A stretch of 64,000 nucleotides of DNA. Origin: an uncultured Candidatus Saccharibacteria bacterium (GTDB taxonomy: Bacteria > Patescibacteriota > Minisyncoccia > Phycocordibacterales > UBA5272). The notes beneath the pieces were generated by a model. It saw only the letters and a list, made by a program, of their open reading frames with translations. It had not been told where the DNA came from and made no database searches. The stretch is taken from contig CAZUPO010000001.1 in NCBI GenBank assembly GCA_964621595.1, positions 78,758 to 142,757 on the forward strand, written 5' to 3'. Both the position numbers and the translations under genes were made by a program. This document shows positions 1-9,211 of the stretch, piece by piece (the first letter of the stretch is position 1; the number at the start of each line of letters is the position of its first letter).

Positions 1-450
1 ATCGTCGCAGAATGGAATGCAAAAGGAGGTGCTCCACTTGAAGAATACAATCGACTCAAAGATGAACAAACTCGCCTCACTGCAGAAGGAGAGCGTTTGC
101 AAAAAATATACGAGGAGTTAACTACAGAACAAAAACTGATTAATGAAAAAATAGATAGGTACAACGAACTTGTACGTTATATCAATACAAAAATTACTGA
201 GTTAAATAGTACTGCAAAGAAAGAATTTACCGAGGGTAACTATAATGGTTTAACTAACACAATAACAGTCTTCCAATACAGTACGCCAGTTAAACTTGAA
301 CGTATGCTAACACATGAGTTTGGGCACGCACTCGGTATAGATCACCTTTCAAATGAAAACGCTATCATGTACTATCTCAACTCATCAAATTCACTCACTC
401 TATCAAGTGATGATACGCAGGCCCTTAAAGCAGTATGCAAGATCCCTTAA
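1..450 (+). CDS. Zn-dependent metalloprotease (metzincin/matrixin-like), 5'-truncated at window edge
   Basis: Frame is open from nt 1 (no stop upstream of ATG at 97); HEFGHALGIDH matches HExxHxxGxxH zinc-binding motif; coiled-coil-like N-terminal part. Confidence 0.6.
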   Translation: MVAEWNAKGGAPLEEYNRLKDEQTRLTAEGERLQKIYEELTTEQKLINEKIDRYNELVRYINTKITELNSTAKKEFTEGNYNGLTNTITVFQYSTPVKLERMLTHEFGHALGIDHLSNENAIMYYLNSSNSLTLSSDDTQALKAVCKIP

Positions 451-1064
451 CCAAACAAGAATTATCTCTTATTCGTAGATTGAACACCCCTGCAAAAATT
501 CAGGATTTTCTTGACTCTATTCCTTTTAATTATGAGTTACATGGTGAAACATGCATGTCTCCAAGAAGGGTCATACGAGAAAGGAAGGCACATTGTATCG
601 AGGGTGCAATGTTCGCTGCACTTGTGCTCAGACATCATGGTTACAAACCAAAGATCATGAGTTTTAAAGTTGCTCGAGGTGATATAGATCACACGGTAAC
701 AATATTTAAAGAACACGGGTATTATGGTGCTATCAGCAAGACAAACCACGCGGTCTTACGATACCGAGATCCGGTGTACACAACACCACGTGAACTCGCC
801 ATGTCATACTTCCATGAGTACTTTATTAACGGGACCGGTAAAAAAACCATGCTTGGATACTCGCCATTGGTTGATCTCATGAAATTTGGCCATACATGGA
901 TGACAGCAGAAAAAGACCTGTGGGATATTGCAGAATACATATATACGATGCGACATCACCCGATTACAAACAAGAAAGTTTTGTACAAACGAGCCAGTCT
1001 TGTGGAGAGAAAGGCGGCAGATATACTTGAGTGGTCAACAGATGAAAAAAAACAGTACGTATAG
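435..1064 (+). CDS. transglutaminase-like cysteine peptidase-fold protein (hypothetical)
   Basis: AHCIEGAMFAALVLRHHGYKP resembles TGase core G-x-C-x-x-FA...LR..GIP; downstream His/Asp candidates; overlaps upstream protease gene by 16 nt in another frame. Confidence 0.45.
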   Translation: MQDPLTKQELSLIRRLNTPAKIQDFLDSIPFNYELHGETCMSPRRVIRERKAHCIEGAMFAALVLRHHGYKPKIMSFKVARGDIDHTVTIFKEHGYYGAISKTNHAVLRYRDPVYTTPRELAMSYFHEYFINGTGKKTMLGYSPLVDLMKFGHTWMTAEKDLWDIAEYIYTMRHHPITNKKVLYKRASLVERKAADILEWSTDEKKQYV

Positions 1065-1069
1065 AAAAA

Positions 1070-2140
1070 CTATAGTTCTTTTTCTCGTAACCCTTGAGGA
1101 GGGGTGCCGAAACGTACGTAGAACCTCTCTCTTCCAACAACGCGATTTGTATCTACCTTTACCGTAATCCTCCAGAGGCCTTCTATCATATTTTCTTTTA
1201 CAGAGTAGGCACGGTATCCGTTTTCCCTTCCGCCTTCGATACTAAAAGGAACGGTAAGTTTCTCCTGCCAAGAGTGTGATTGCTCATCGTAATATTCCCA
1301 TACATGGGAAAGTGGGGCGGTAAGGGCGCTCGGCGCATCGACTGCGCTAAAAAAATACACGGCTGGATCATGTGGATCTACGGTTATAGTAGACGCTCTG
1401 TAGGAATGCAGAAATCGATCATCCAACTCGTAGGTACCTCGATATCTCCCTCCATCTTCTCGTTCTATGTGGTAATACACACCACGTTCCTTAAGAGAGA
1501 GTGGTACGGCGGGCAAAATGTTTAGGTAATACATCATGCCGACAAACATTGGAATGCCGATAGCAAGTGCATGCATACGTGCGGCTTCATGCTCCCCCGT
1601 CTCCGATACATACCTCATTACCACACTGAATCCTAGTGCTACAACCACCGTAATACCGATACTTAGTGCGAATATCGCATCATTACTTTTTCCTAAAACT
1701 ACAGGTAAATGGAAGATGAAGTAAAACACCGCAGATACGAATAGAATTCCAACGTCTAACGTAAGGCGTAATCGGTGCGTTGAAACAAGTTCATTTGCTA
1801 ACACACACCCCAAAATACATAAAAAGAATGGCCAACTAACGGTTATGTCGGCTGATCTAAATGAATAAATAGACACAAAAGATAACGTAGAACCAAGGAA
1901 ACACACTATCGCGAATGTACTCAAAGAATACAGCCTCTGCTCGAGTTGCGTGGCGCGATTACGTTCAACAATCCATTCACGGATTATAATCAGTAAGCCG
2001 ATGCCAACCAGATACGAGAGTCCAACTATTTTTGCCTGCGGGTCATCTATATCAGGAAGAATGGCAATATCAAATACAAAACCAAAAATGAACAAAATGG
2101 TACTTAGATGAGCAGAGTGTTCCTTAGTACGACGAGACAT
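1070..2140 (-). CDS. integral membrane protein with C-terminal soluble domain (hypothetical)
   Basis: 356 aa ORF, ~7 hydrophobic helices in first 200 aa, hydrophilic C-terminal 130 aa. Confidence 0.5.
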   Translation of the reverse strand: MSRRTKEHSAHLSTILFIFGFVFDIAILPDIDDPQAKIVGLSYLVGIGLLIIIREWIVERNRATQLEQRLYSLSTFAIVCFLGSTLSFVSIYSFRSADITVSWPFFLCILGCVLANELVSTHRLRLTLDVGILFVSAVFYFIFHLPVVLGKSNDAIFALSIGITVVVALGFSVVMRYVSETGEHEAARMHALAIGIPMFVGMMYYLNILPAVPLSLKERGVYYHIEREDGGRYRGTYELDDRFLHSYRASTITVDPHDPAVYFFSAVDAPSALTAPLSHVWEYYDEQSHSWQEKLTVPFSIEGGRENGYRAYSVKENMIEGLWRITVKVDTNRVVGRERFYVRFGTPPQGLREKEL

Positions 2141-2153
2141 ACTGTGTTGAGTA

Positions 2154-3149
2154 TTATTCTCCTATAAGAGAAAGGAAAATAGCAGTGAGTGCTATCCATG
2201 CATGATCACGAGAAACGTCTAATAATGATCTTTTTTGCAATAACTCTAAAACAACTTTAGAAGTAAAGAGGTGTGGGTGGGCACCTACAATATCTTTCAT
2301 TATAGGAGATACCGAAACCTTCACCCTTTCCTCAAGACCAATGCGGATAAGTTCTAGACACTCATCATATAGAGCAAGAGGTGATGCTTGCGAAACGCGA
2401 TCAAGTGAGGCAAGCAACGCGGAAGCATTTTTGTCACCGATACTTTTGAGAATGGTAAATACTTCATCTCTATGTGGAGTACCGAGCAAGGTCACAATAT
2501 CTTCATACGAAATCTTTTTAGAAGATACAGCGAACACTTGCTCCAGAACGCCAAGCGCGTCACGATATGATCCTTTTCCGTGTTTTGCAATCGCCTCGCC
2601 TGCTTCCGTAGACAGACTCCTACCTTCTTCTTGTGCAATATCAATAAGCCGTGTGGAGAGCGTGGAGATACTTGGGATTTTAAAAACAATTTTCTGACAA
2701 CGTGAGACGATTGTTTCAGGAAGTTTCTCTGGGTCAGTAGTAGCAAGAATAAACACAACATGTGCTGGCGGCTCCTCAAGTGTCTTAAGAAGTGCGTTCG
2801 CTGCTTCTTTAGTGAGCATATGCGCTTCGTCGATAATGTACACCTTATACGGACTAGAAAATGGTGCAGTGCGCACCGCTTCTCGTAAGACACGTACCTC
2901 GTCTATACCGCGATTACTCGCAGCATCAATCTCAATGATATCTTCGGGATTACAACCAATATCCCGCGCAACAATACGTGCTACAGTTGTCTTGCCGGTA
3001 CCTCGCCCTCCACAGAATAGATATGCGTGGGAAATCTTCTTCTGCTTAATAGATTCGGTCAATACCTGTACTACCTGCTCCTGCCCAACGACCTCATCAA
3101 ATGTTGTTGGTCGATATTTACGATAGAGGGCTACGTGTGTCGTTTTCAT
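2154..3149 (-). CDS. dnaX: DNA polymerase III subunit gamma/tau (short form)
   Basis: YRPTTFDEVVGQE, Walker A GGRGTGKTT, IIDEAHML, SRCQ sensor motif; start chosen at MKTTHVAL (alt start 3167). Confidence 0.8.
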   Translation of the reverse strand: MKTTHVALYRKYRPTTFDEVVGQEQVVQVLTESIKQKKISHAYLFCGGRGTGKTTVARIVARDIGCNPEDIIEIDAASNRGIDEVRVLREAVRTAPFSSPYKVYIIDEAHMLTKEAANALLKTLEEPPAHVVFILATTDPEKLPETIVSRCQKIVFKIPSISTLSTRLIDIAQEEGRSLSTEAGEAIAKHGKGSYRDALGVLEQVFAVSSKKISYEDIVTLLGTPHRDEVFTILKSIGDKNASALLASLDRVSQASPLALYDECLELIRIGLEERVKVSVSPIMKDIVGAHPHLFTSKVVLELLQKRSLLDVSRDHAWIALTAIFLSLIGE

Positions 3150-3243
3150 ACAAAAATTGTACCACAACTAGGAAATTATTTCTCTGTAATTGGTAAGCGA
3201 TACAGAAGGATTGAAATTCAAAGATTCTATTACACGTTCTGGT

Positions 3244-4338
3244 TTATTTATCCCGAGAGAGGAAGGTTGCAACCTTGTCTTCCACCTCTTTTGCATTCCC
3301 ACATTCCATTAACTCGGAACGGAACTCCTTCGCACCATCAAAACCATTCACGTATGCTTTGAAATGTTTTTTCATAATAGCAAAACTTTTTATGTCACCG
3401 AGTTTTTCTTCGTACAGTCTTGTATGTTCAACAAGAATACGCAATCTCTCTTCTACGGACTTCGTAATTCCGCTAGTGTGACTATCGAAAAGCCACGGTG
3501 TTCCAAAGATACCGCGCCCAATCATCACTCCGTCAATCTTTGTTTCTTGTGCTTTGTTTCTACCATCGATAAGATCAATAACATCACCATTACCAAGAAG
3601 TATTGTTCCGCCATCTTGTACTTCACCTGTCATTTCTCGTACAAGCGCACGAACGTCGTTCATAATTTCCCAATGTGCAGCGACTTTTGACATTTCTTTT
3701 CGGGTACGCAGGTGAACGGTCAATACCGGAACATTACATTCAAGAATTTTTGGTAACCATTCTTTATATTCTATTTTGTTGTAACCAAGACGAGTCTTCA
3801 CAGAAACTGGAATATCTACCGCCCCCTCTTGAGCGGCGCGTATCACTTTTTGTGCAGTGCGCCAGTCCTTAATGTGTGCCGCCCCTGCCCCCTGCTTTTC
3901 TATGCTCTTATCTGGACACCCCATGTTAATATCTATACCGTCGAATCCAAGTTCACGACATAGCCGTGCTGCTTCGCGCATGTGGTCAGGGTTCGAGGTA
4001 AATAGTTGAGCAACAATTGGTCTTTGCTTATCTGTAAATTCTAAATCACGTTTGAGTACATCTCTCCCCGGACTACACAGTCCTGTTGCAGAGACGAATT
4101 CTGTCCACATCACATCTGGTCCACCACCTACCTCTCTCATCCTAGAATACTTCGCGATCATCTCTCGAAATGCAACATCAGTTACATCCGCCATCGGCGC
4201 TACGACAAAAACAGGCTCACCTTGAGAGATCTTTTTTTCATACAATTCTTGCCAAAAACCCCGCACTGGATTCATCTGCACCCTACGGACAGGCTTCTCT
4301 GGTTTGAATATTTTATTGAGGAGTCGTTGTAGCATCAT
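3244..4338 (-). CDS. dus: tRNA-dihydrouridine synthase
   Basis: FVVAPMADVTDVAFR and GIDINMGCP motifs of Dus family; alternative start MNPVRG at 4275. Confidence 0.8.
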   Translation of the reverse strand: MMLQRLLNKIFKPEKPVRRVQMNPVRGFWQELYEKKISQGEPVFVVAPMADVTDVAFREMIAKYSRMREVGGGPDVMWTEFVSATGLCSPGRDVLKRDLEFTDKQRPIVAQLFTSNPDHMREAARLCRELGFDGIDINMGCPDKSIEKQGAGAAHIKDWRTAQKVIRAAQEGAVDIPVSVKTRLGYNKIEYKEWLPKILECNVPVLTVHLRTRKEMSKVAAHWEIMNDVRALVREMTGEVQDGGTILLGNGDVIDLIDGRNKAQETKIDGVMIGRGIFGTPWLFDSHTSGITKSVEERLRILVEHTRLYEEKLGDIKSFAIMKKHFKAYVNGFDGAKEFRSELMECGNAKEVEDKVATFLSRDK

Positions 4339-5173
4339 GCGGAGGGATTATAGCGCCACCTTTAGTATTTGTAAATGACTCATCTTTAAATTTATAAAAA
4401 ACCTTGTTTGGGAAACGTATATCTAAATACTCAAGAGATTGAAGAGAGTTTTGTAATTTCGTTTTAAGTGGATCGGTATCTATCGCGCTTACTATAGTAG
4501 ACCAAACCTTGTCCATGTCCGCGTCCTTTGTTATTTTGATACCAATACCCTCTTCGCTAAGAAGATATATATCGTTGTAACTATCTATTTCGATTCTTCG
4601 TATTGGAAATAGCACGGATTCAATTTTTTTGATAAGTGAAGACAGTTTTTCCAGAAACACCTGATCAACACCCTCAATCCGTGATGTGGTTACCCCGTCC
4701 TGTGTAATTGGTGTCAGTGATGACGATGCGACCATGAACAATGGATATGAATCTACGGGATGTATCTCGGTATATATCACACCATTTTTTGTTAGTGCTA
4801 ACATATCACTTATTCGATAAAGAGGTGTGTAGGGAGTAACAACAATCTTTAGGGTGTGAATACTACTTGGGTACACTTGTACCGATTGAGTGTTAGGAAA
4901 TTGCTCAACGAGAGCACGTTTAATGGCCCCCTTTCGAAACGTAACTATTTTATTCCCAGGCACAAATGAATCTTTGCCCGATTCAACAATAGACCTAACA
5001 AGAGACTCTGCCTCTGTATGCCTGGTGTCATCTACTCCTACAATAACATACGTGTCGATAGTAAACGCATCACTACGACAATAAATATAATACACACCAC
5101 CTATAATAAATACTCCAAGGGTTATAAAAAATATCCTTCGAAGTTGTGTGAGAGTACTTCGCTTTATTTTCAT
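4313..5173 (-). CDS. cell division protein FtsQ/DivIB-like (single N-terminal TM, POTRA-like)
   Basis: N-terminal TM anchor followed by ~250 aa periplasmic-type domain; position upstream of dus/serS; weak family assignment. Confidence 0.4.
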   Translation of the reverse strand: MKIKRSTLTQLRRIFFITLGVFIIGGVYYIYCRSDAFTIDTYVIVGVDDTRHTEAESLVRSIVESGKDSFVPGNKIVTFRKGAIKRALVEQFPNTQSVQVYPSSIHTLKIVVTPYTPLYRISDMLALTKNGVIYTEIHPVDSYPLFMVASSSLTPITQDGVTTSRIEGVDQVFLEKLSSLIKKIESVLFPIRRIEIDSYNDIYLLSEEGIGIKITKDADMDKVWSTIVSAIDTDPLKTKLQNSLQSLEYLDIRFPNKVFYKFKDESFTNTKGGAIIPPHDATTTPQ

Positions 5174-5182
5174 GAAAGCAAC

Positions 5183-6454
5183 CTAAAATACTGGTTTACC
5201 TATGACCGTCTTTCCACCCATATATGGAACTAACACCTCTGGGACTTTTACAGTACCGTCTGCCTGTTGAAAATTTTCGATGATAGCAGTAAGAAGTCTC
5301 GGCGTTGCTGCTGCGGTGTTATTAAGTGAGTGTGTATAGTGCATCTTTCCATCTTTATCCTTGTAACGAATATTGAGTCGGCGTGTTTGGTAGTCGTGGA
5401 AATAACTCGCGGAATGCGTCTCGCGATATTTTCCTTGGGATGGCATCCATGCTTCGATGTCATACTTCTTTACCTGTCCTTGTCCTAGATCTCCACCACA
5501 GATAAGTAACTTGTGATAGGGTATACCCAGTTCCTCCATCATCTCTTCTGAGTGGCGGGTTATTTCTTCGTGATGCTTCACTGATTCTTCATGAGAAGCA
5601 GCACAAAGTACGACCTGTTCACACTTATAAAATTCATGGACACGGATAAGACCCTTCACATCCTTACCATGACTCCCCGCTTCTTTTCGAAAACATGGAC
5701 TCCATGCGATGATCCTACGTGGAAGATCAGATTCTTGTAATACTTCATCACTGTGATAAAACATCGTAGCAACTTCTCCTGTTCCGGCTAGATAATCATT
5801 ACCATCCTTATACAAATCATCTTCTCCTTGTGGAAGATAGCCAGAACCAAGCAGTGCTTCACGTCGAACAAGTGAGGGTACGAGCATAGGCTCGAATCCT
5901 TTGTCTTGCCAACGCTTCATAACATACTGCCACACAGCTATCTCCAAAAGTGCTGCATCATTTTTAAGGAAGTATCCGCGAAAACCTGCCGTTTTTGTTC
6001 CACGATCAAAGTCAACGAAATTTTGCTTCTCCATGATCTCGATATGATCGCGTGGTGTGAATGAAAATGTTGGTAGTGTTCCCCAGGAAGCAATGTCAAC
6101 ATTTTCACTATCATCTTTTCCCTCTGGAACAGACATATCCGGCACATTTGGTACCGCAAGCATGAGTCGCCTCCATTCCACCATCACTTTTTCGAGTTCA
6201 TCTTCTTGTTTTTTCAGAGAATCTTTAACACCTTTCATCTCCTCGATGAGGGTTTGTCTTTCTGTGGCGTCGACTTTGGTTATCTTTTCACTTGTTGCGT
6301 TTTGTTTTGAACGCAATTCTTCTACAACACGTAGTATTTCTAGACGATCAGTGTCTACCTTTACAAGATCTTCGACCTTAAATGGAATATGCTTTTTTCT
6401 TGCAGCTTCTTTAATAATATCTTGGTTTTCGCGAATAAATTTGATATCTAACAT
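5183..6454 (-). CDS. serS: seryl-tRNA synthetase
   Basis: N-terminal coiled-coil arm, class II aaRS core motifs; start at MLDIKFIRENQ (ATG revcomp at 6452-6454); 424 aa. Confidence 0.85.
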   Translation of the reverse strand: MLDIKFIRENQDIIKEAARKKHIPFKVEDLVKVDTDRLEILRVVEELRSKQNATSEKITKVDATERQTLIEEMKGVKDSLKKQEDELEKVMVEWRRLMLAVPNVPDMSVPEGKDDSENVDIASWGTLPTFSFTPRDHIEIMEKQNFVDFDRGTKTAGFRGYFLKNDAALLEIAVWQYVMKRWQDKGFEPMLVPSLVRREALLGSGYLPQGEDDLYKDGNDYLAGTGEVATMFYHSDEVLQESDLPRRIIAWSPCFRKEAGSHGKDVKGLIRVHEFYKCEQVVLCAASHEESVKHHEEITRHSEEMMEELGIPYHKLLICGGDLGQGQVKKYDIEAWMPSQGKYRETHSASYFHDYQTRRLNIRYKDKDGKMHYTHSLNNTAAATPRLLTAIIENFQQADGTVKVPEVLVPYMGGKTVIGKPVF

Positions 6455-6522
6455 GATTTGTAATTGTACCATGTTTATAAGTTTTCTAAAATGTAAATAA
6501 AACAGGCTATACTTCGTGGTGT

Positions 6523-7209
6523 ATGGACCAAGAAAAAGCAGCAACAATGTTTAACGACCTGCACGGGGTAACCCCTCATGTGGGCCTTCATACTGAAGGA
6601 CATCATTATAAGCCAAAGGATCTAAGTAGTCGTGTCGCAAAGACTATCGTGCATTTCTCTGCAACGTGTGCTGACTTCCTTTTTCGAGAACGCTATGGTC
6701 ACCGAGCTATTGTTCTTGAAACAATTGCATCTGTGCCAGGAATGGTGGGCGGGTTATTTCAACATCTTAAGTCACTTCGATTTATTCGTGACGACAAGGG
6801 TTGGATTCGCGCACTCATAGATGAGGCAGAGAATGAGCGCATTCACCTCCTTGTGTATAGTTCGATAGCAAAGCCAACTATTATTGAACGTACGCTTATT
6901 ATTGTAGTTCAGTTTTTCTTTTCAATTATTTACGGGACACTGTACCTACTCTCTCCACGAACAGCCCATCGTGTCGTTGGATTCTTCGAAGAGGAAGCAA
7001 TTCATAGTTACGAGACGTATCTTCGTCTTGTTCATGAGGGTGTTCATGAAAATATAGAAGCACCGACCCTTGCAAAAAGTTACTGGAATCTCCACGAAGG
7101 CGCTCGACTTACTGACGTAATCGAAGCCACCATCAAAGATGAAATGCTTCATCGCGATGTAAACCATCGCTTTGCTGATGACCCACATGGAACTCAGATG
7201 TGGCACTAG
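6523..7209 (+). CDS. aox: alternative oxidase (di-iron ubiquinol oxidase, AOX/PTOX family)
   Basis: LETIASVPGMVGG, NERIHLL, EEEAIHSYETY, IKDEMLHRDVNHRF = the conserved E/ExxH di-iron ligand motifs of AOX. Confidence 0.75.
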   Translation: MDQEKAATMFNDLHGVTPHVGLHTEGHHYKPKDLSSRVAKTIVHFSATCADFLFRERYGHRAIVLETIASVPGMVGGLFQHLKSLRFIRDDKGWIRALIDEAENERIHLLVYSSIAKPTIIERTLIIVVQFFFSIIYGTLYLLSPRTAHRVVGFFEEEAIHSYETYLRLVHEGVHENIEAPTLAKSYWNLHEGARLTDVIEATIKDEMLHRDVNHRFADDPHGTQMWH

Positions 7210-7227
7210 TAGTTACACAAAATAACT

Positions 7228-7251
7228 AAATCCCTACACATGTAGGGATTT
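7228..7251. terminator. bidirectional hairpin terminator between convergent aox and cyclase genes
   Basis: AAATCCCTA-cacatg-TAGGGATTT perfect 9-bp stem, T-rich flanks on both strands. Confidence 0.5.
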
Positions 7252-7273
7252 AGTTTGCGTGTAGAATAACTCG

Positions 7274-9178
7274 TTATTTTTCGTCGAACCTCCAAATGCC
7301 ATCAAAGGTATCGTCGTGACGAACGACCTCTATACGTTCAAGTAGTTTCTCTGACGGCGCATCCCCCTCCATAGCTAAAGAACGAAGTATCTGCACAGCG
7401 TCATCAAAATGTTTTTCTTGATATCGTACAAAAGCTTCTTCGTATGTACTAATTCTCTCGACCAATCCTTCTTGTGCATGCATGACTTCGTACAAAACTG
7501 TTGGGAGAGTTTTTCCTTTTACGGTAATCACGTCGAGTTTTCTGAAAAGAATGTTCTTGGCGTCGATAGTTTTGCGAACATCCTCAGTAACAATAATTTC
7601 TACACCGTATTTCTTTGTGAGACCTTCAACACGAGAACTCAAATTCACGGTATCTCCAAGTATTGTATAGTTCACACGCTCATGGGACCCAACGTTTCCT
7701 ACAATAACCCCACCCCTGTGTACTCCTATCCCCATAGCAAGAGATGTGCCATGCTGAGTATTGAATTCTCGAAGAGCATCTTGCATGGAGAGCGCTGCCC
7801 GTACTGCATGAAGTTCATGATGAGAAACTTTAAGTGGTGCATTCCAGAAAGCCATAACTGCGTCGCCGATAAACTTATCGATCGTCCCCTTTTCTTCAAG
7901 AATTGGCTTTGTCATTGCACTAAAATAGGCATTTAACATCTTTGTTAAATCTTCCGGAGAAAGTGATTCCGAAAGTGTTGTAAAGCCACGCAAATCAGAA
8001 AACAACACCGTGACATCACGCTTTTCCCCTTCAAAATGTAGTCCTTGTGGAGAAGCAAGTAGCTCCTGCAATACATCTTTGTGCACATATTTAGAAAAAA
8101 GATTTTCAATATATCTGTTCTTCTTTTTTTCACGCACAAAACGGACCAATATGCTGTACGCGCCCGTTACAAGTGTTGTGACGATAAGGGCAGGAGCAGG
8201 TATCTCAAACCCTGCGCTAAATAGCACAAAGGAAAGCACGATCAGTGCAACAATGATTCCTACGATACTAGATATTTGACCCAAAACACTACGCGAAAAT
8301 CTAAGGGCAACATAGGTAAGAATGGCACATAGTAACACAAGAATGCATTGGAGTAATGCGGGTACCTCAACATCCTGCACTCCCTCTAATCGAGAGATAA
8401 GCGCACTTGCGTGAACATACACACCTGGAATTTTTTCACCAGAAAATGATACGAAGTGATCCTCCAGATCCAGTGACACAGAACCGATAAAAAGAATCTT
8501 GTCTTTGAGGGCCTCCTTAGGAACATTTCCACGAAGTACTTCAACAAGTGAGTACGTTTCGATGTGTTTTGGATATCTAAAATGAGTTACGTTACTTTCA
8601 CATGAGAGTTTACCTCTACCAAATGTCGCATCCATGAAAGCCCTGTCCGCAAGACCATAAAGGCACGCAGAATTATAAGAAAAAGGTGTTGGGTATGCAC
8701 GAACCTTCCCGTCACCATCTGGGTGAACATTTGCAATAGCACTCATGAGATGATCACTGTGAGCATCTTGTATAAGGAAACTTTCAAGCAACGTTTCTCC
8801 GTCTGTCTTCGCTCCTAGAATAATTGCACTCTTACTTTCTTGCAATGCTTTAATAAATAAATCATCACCACTTCTCTTCTCCAAGAAAAGTACATCGAGG
8901 ATAACTTCTCTTGCTCCAGCAGCACTAAGAGTTCGCACCAGGTCTGCAAAGATACTTCTATCCCACGGCCACGCACCAAGTGACTGTAAACTTGCATCAT
9001 CAATACCAATGATTGCGACATCGTTTCTTTCATCCTCCGTACGAACACTATCGTAAAAACGCCTTGAACTCTCTATACCTTTTGGCGAAAAATTCCAAAA
9101 GAGTATCAAGAAAATAATACAGCACGCACCAAGTAACTCATACTTCCGATCGATAAGTATGGGGATCAATTTTTTCAT
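7274..9178 (-). CDS. CHASE2 sensor domain-containing class III adenylate/guanylate cyclase
   Basis: N-terminal TM, extracytoplasmic CHASE2-like region, 3-4 TM helices, C-terminal cyclase homology domain (RDVTVLFSDLRGFTTLSE, FIGDAVMAFWNAP). Confidence 0.8.
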   Translation of the reverse strand: MKKLIPILIDRKYELLGACCIIFLILFWNFSPKGIESSRRFYDSVRTEDERNDVAIIGIDDASLQSLGAWPWDRSIFADLVRTLSAAGAREVILDVLFLEKRSGDDLFIKALQESKSAIILGAKTDGETLLESFLIQDAHSDHLMSAIANVHPDGDGKVRAYPTPFSYNSACLYGLADRAFMDATFGRGKLSCESNVTHFRYPKHIETYSLVEVLRGNVPKEALKDKILFIGSVSLDLEDHFVSFSGEKIPGVYVHASALISRLEGVQDVEVPALLQCILVLLCAILTYVALRFSRSVLGQISSIVGIIVALIVLSFVLFSAGFEIPAPALIVTTLVTGAYSILVRFVREKKKNRYIENLFSKYVHKDVLQELLASPQGLHFEGEKRDVTVLFSDLRGFTTLSESLSPEDLTKMLNAYFSAMTKPILEEKGTIDKFIGDAVMAFWNAPLKVSHHELHAVRAALSMQDALREFNTQHGTSLAMGIGVHRGGVIVGNVGSHERVNYTILGDTVNLSSRVEGLTKKYGVEIIVTEDVRKTIDAKNILFRKLDVITVKGKTLPTVLYEVMHAQEGLVERISTYEEAFVRYQEKHFDDAVQILRSLAMEGDAPSEKLLERIEVVRHDDTFDGIWRFDEK

Positions 9179-9211
9179 GGAGTAATTGTACTTGCGACAG
9201 TAGCGTAAGAA

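Noticed and set aside
2341-3126. Several 100-130 aa ORFs antisense to dnaX
   Set aside because: They are embedded in a well-supported essential gene on the other strand with no motifs of their own, so they are treated as shadow ORFs.
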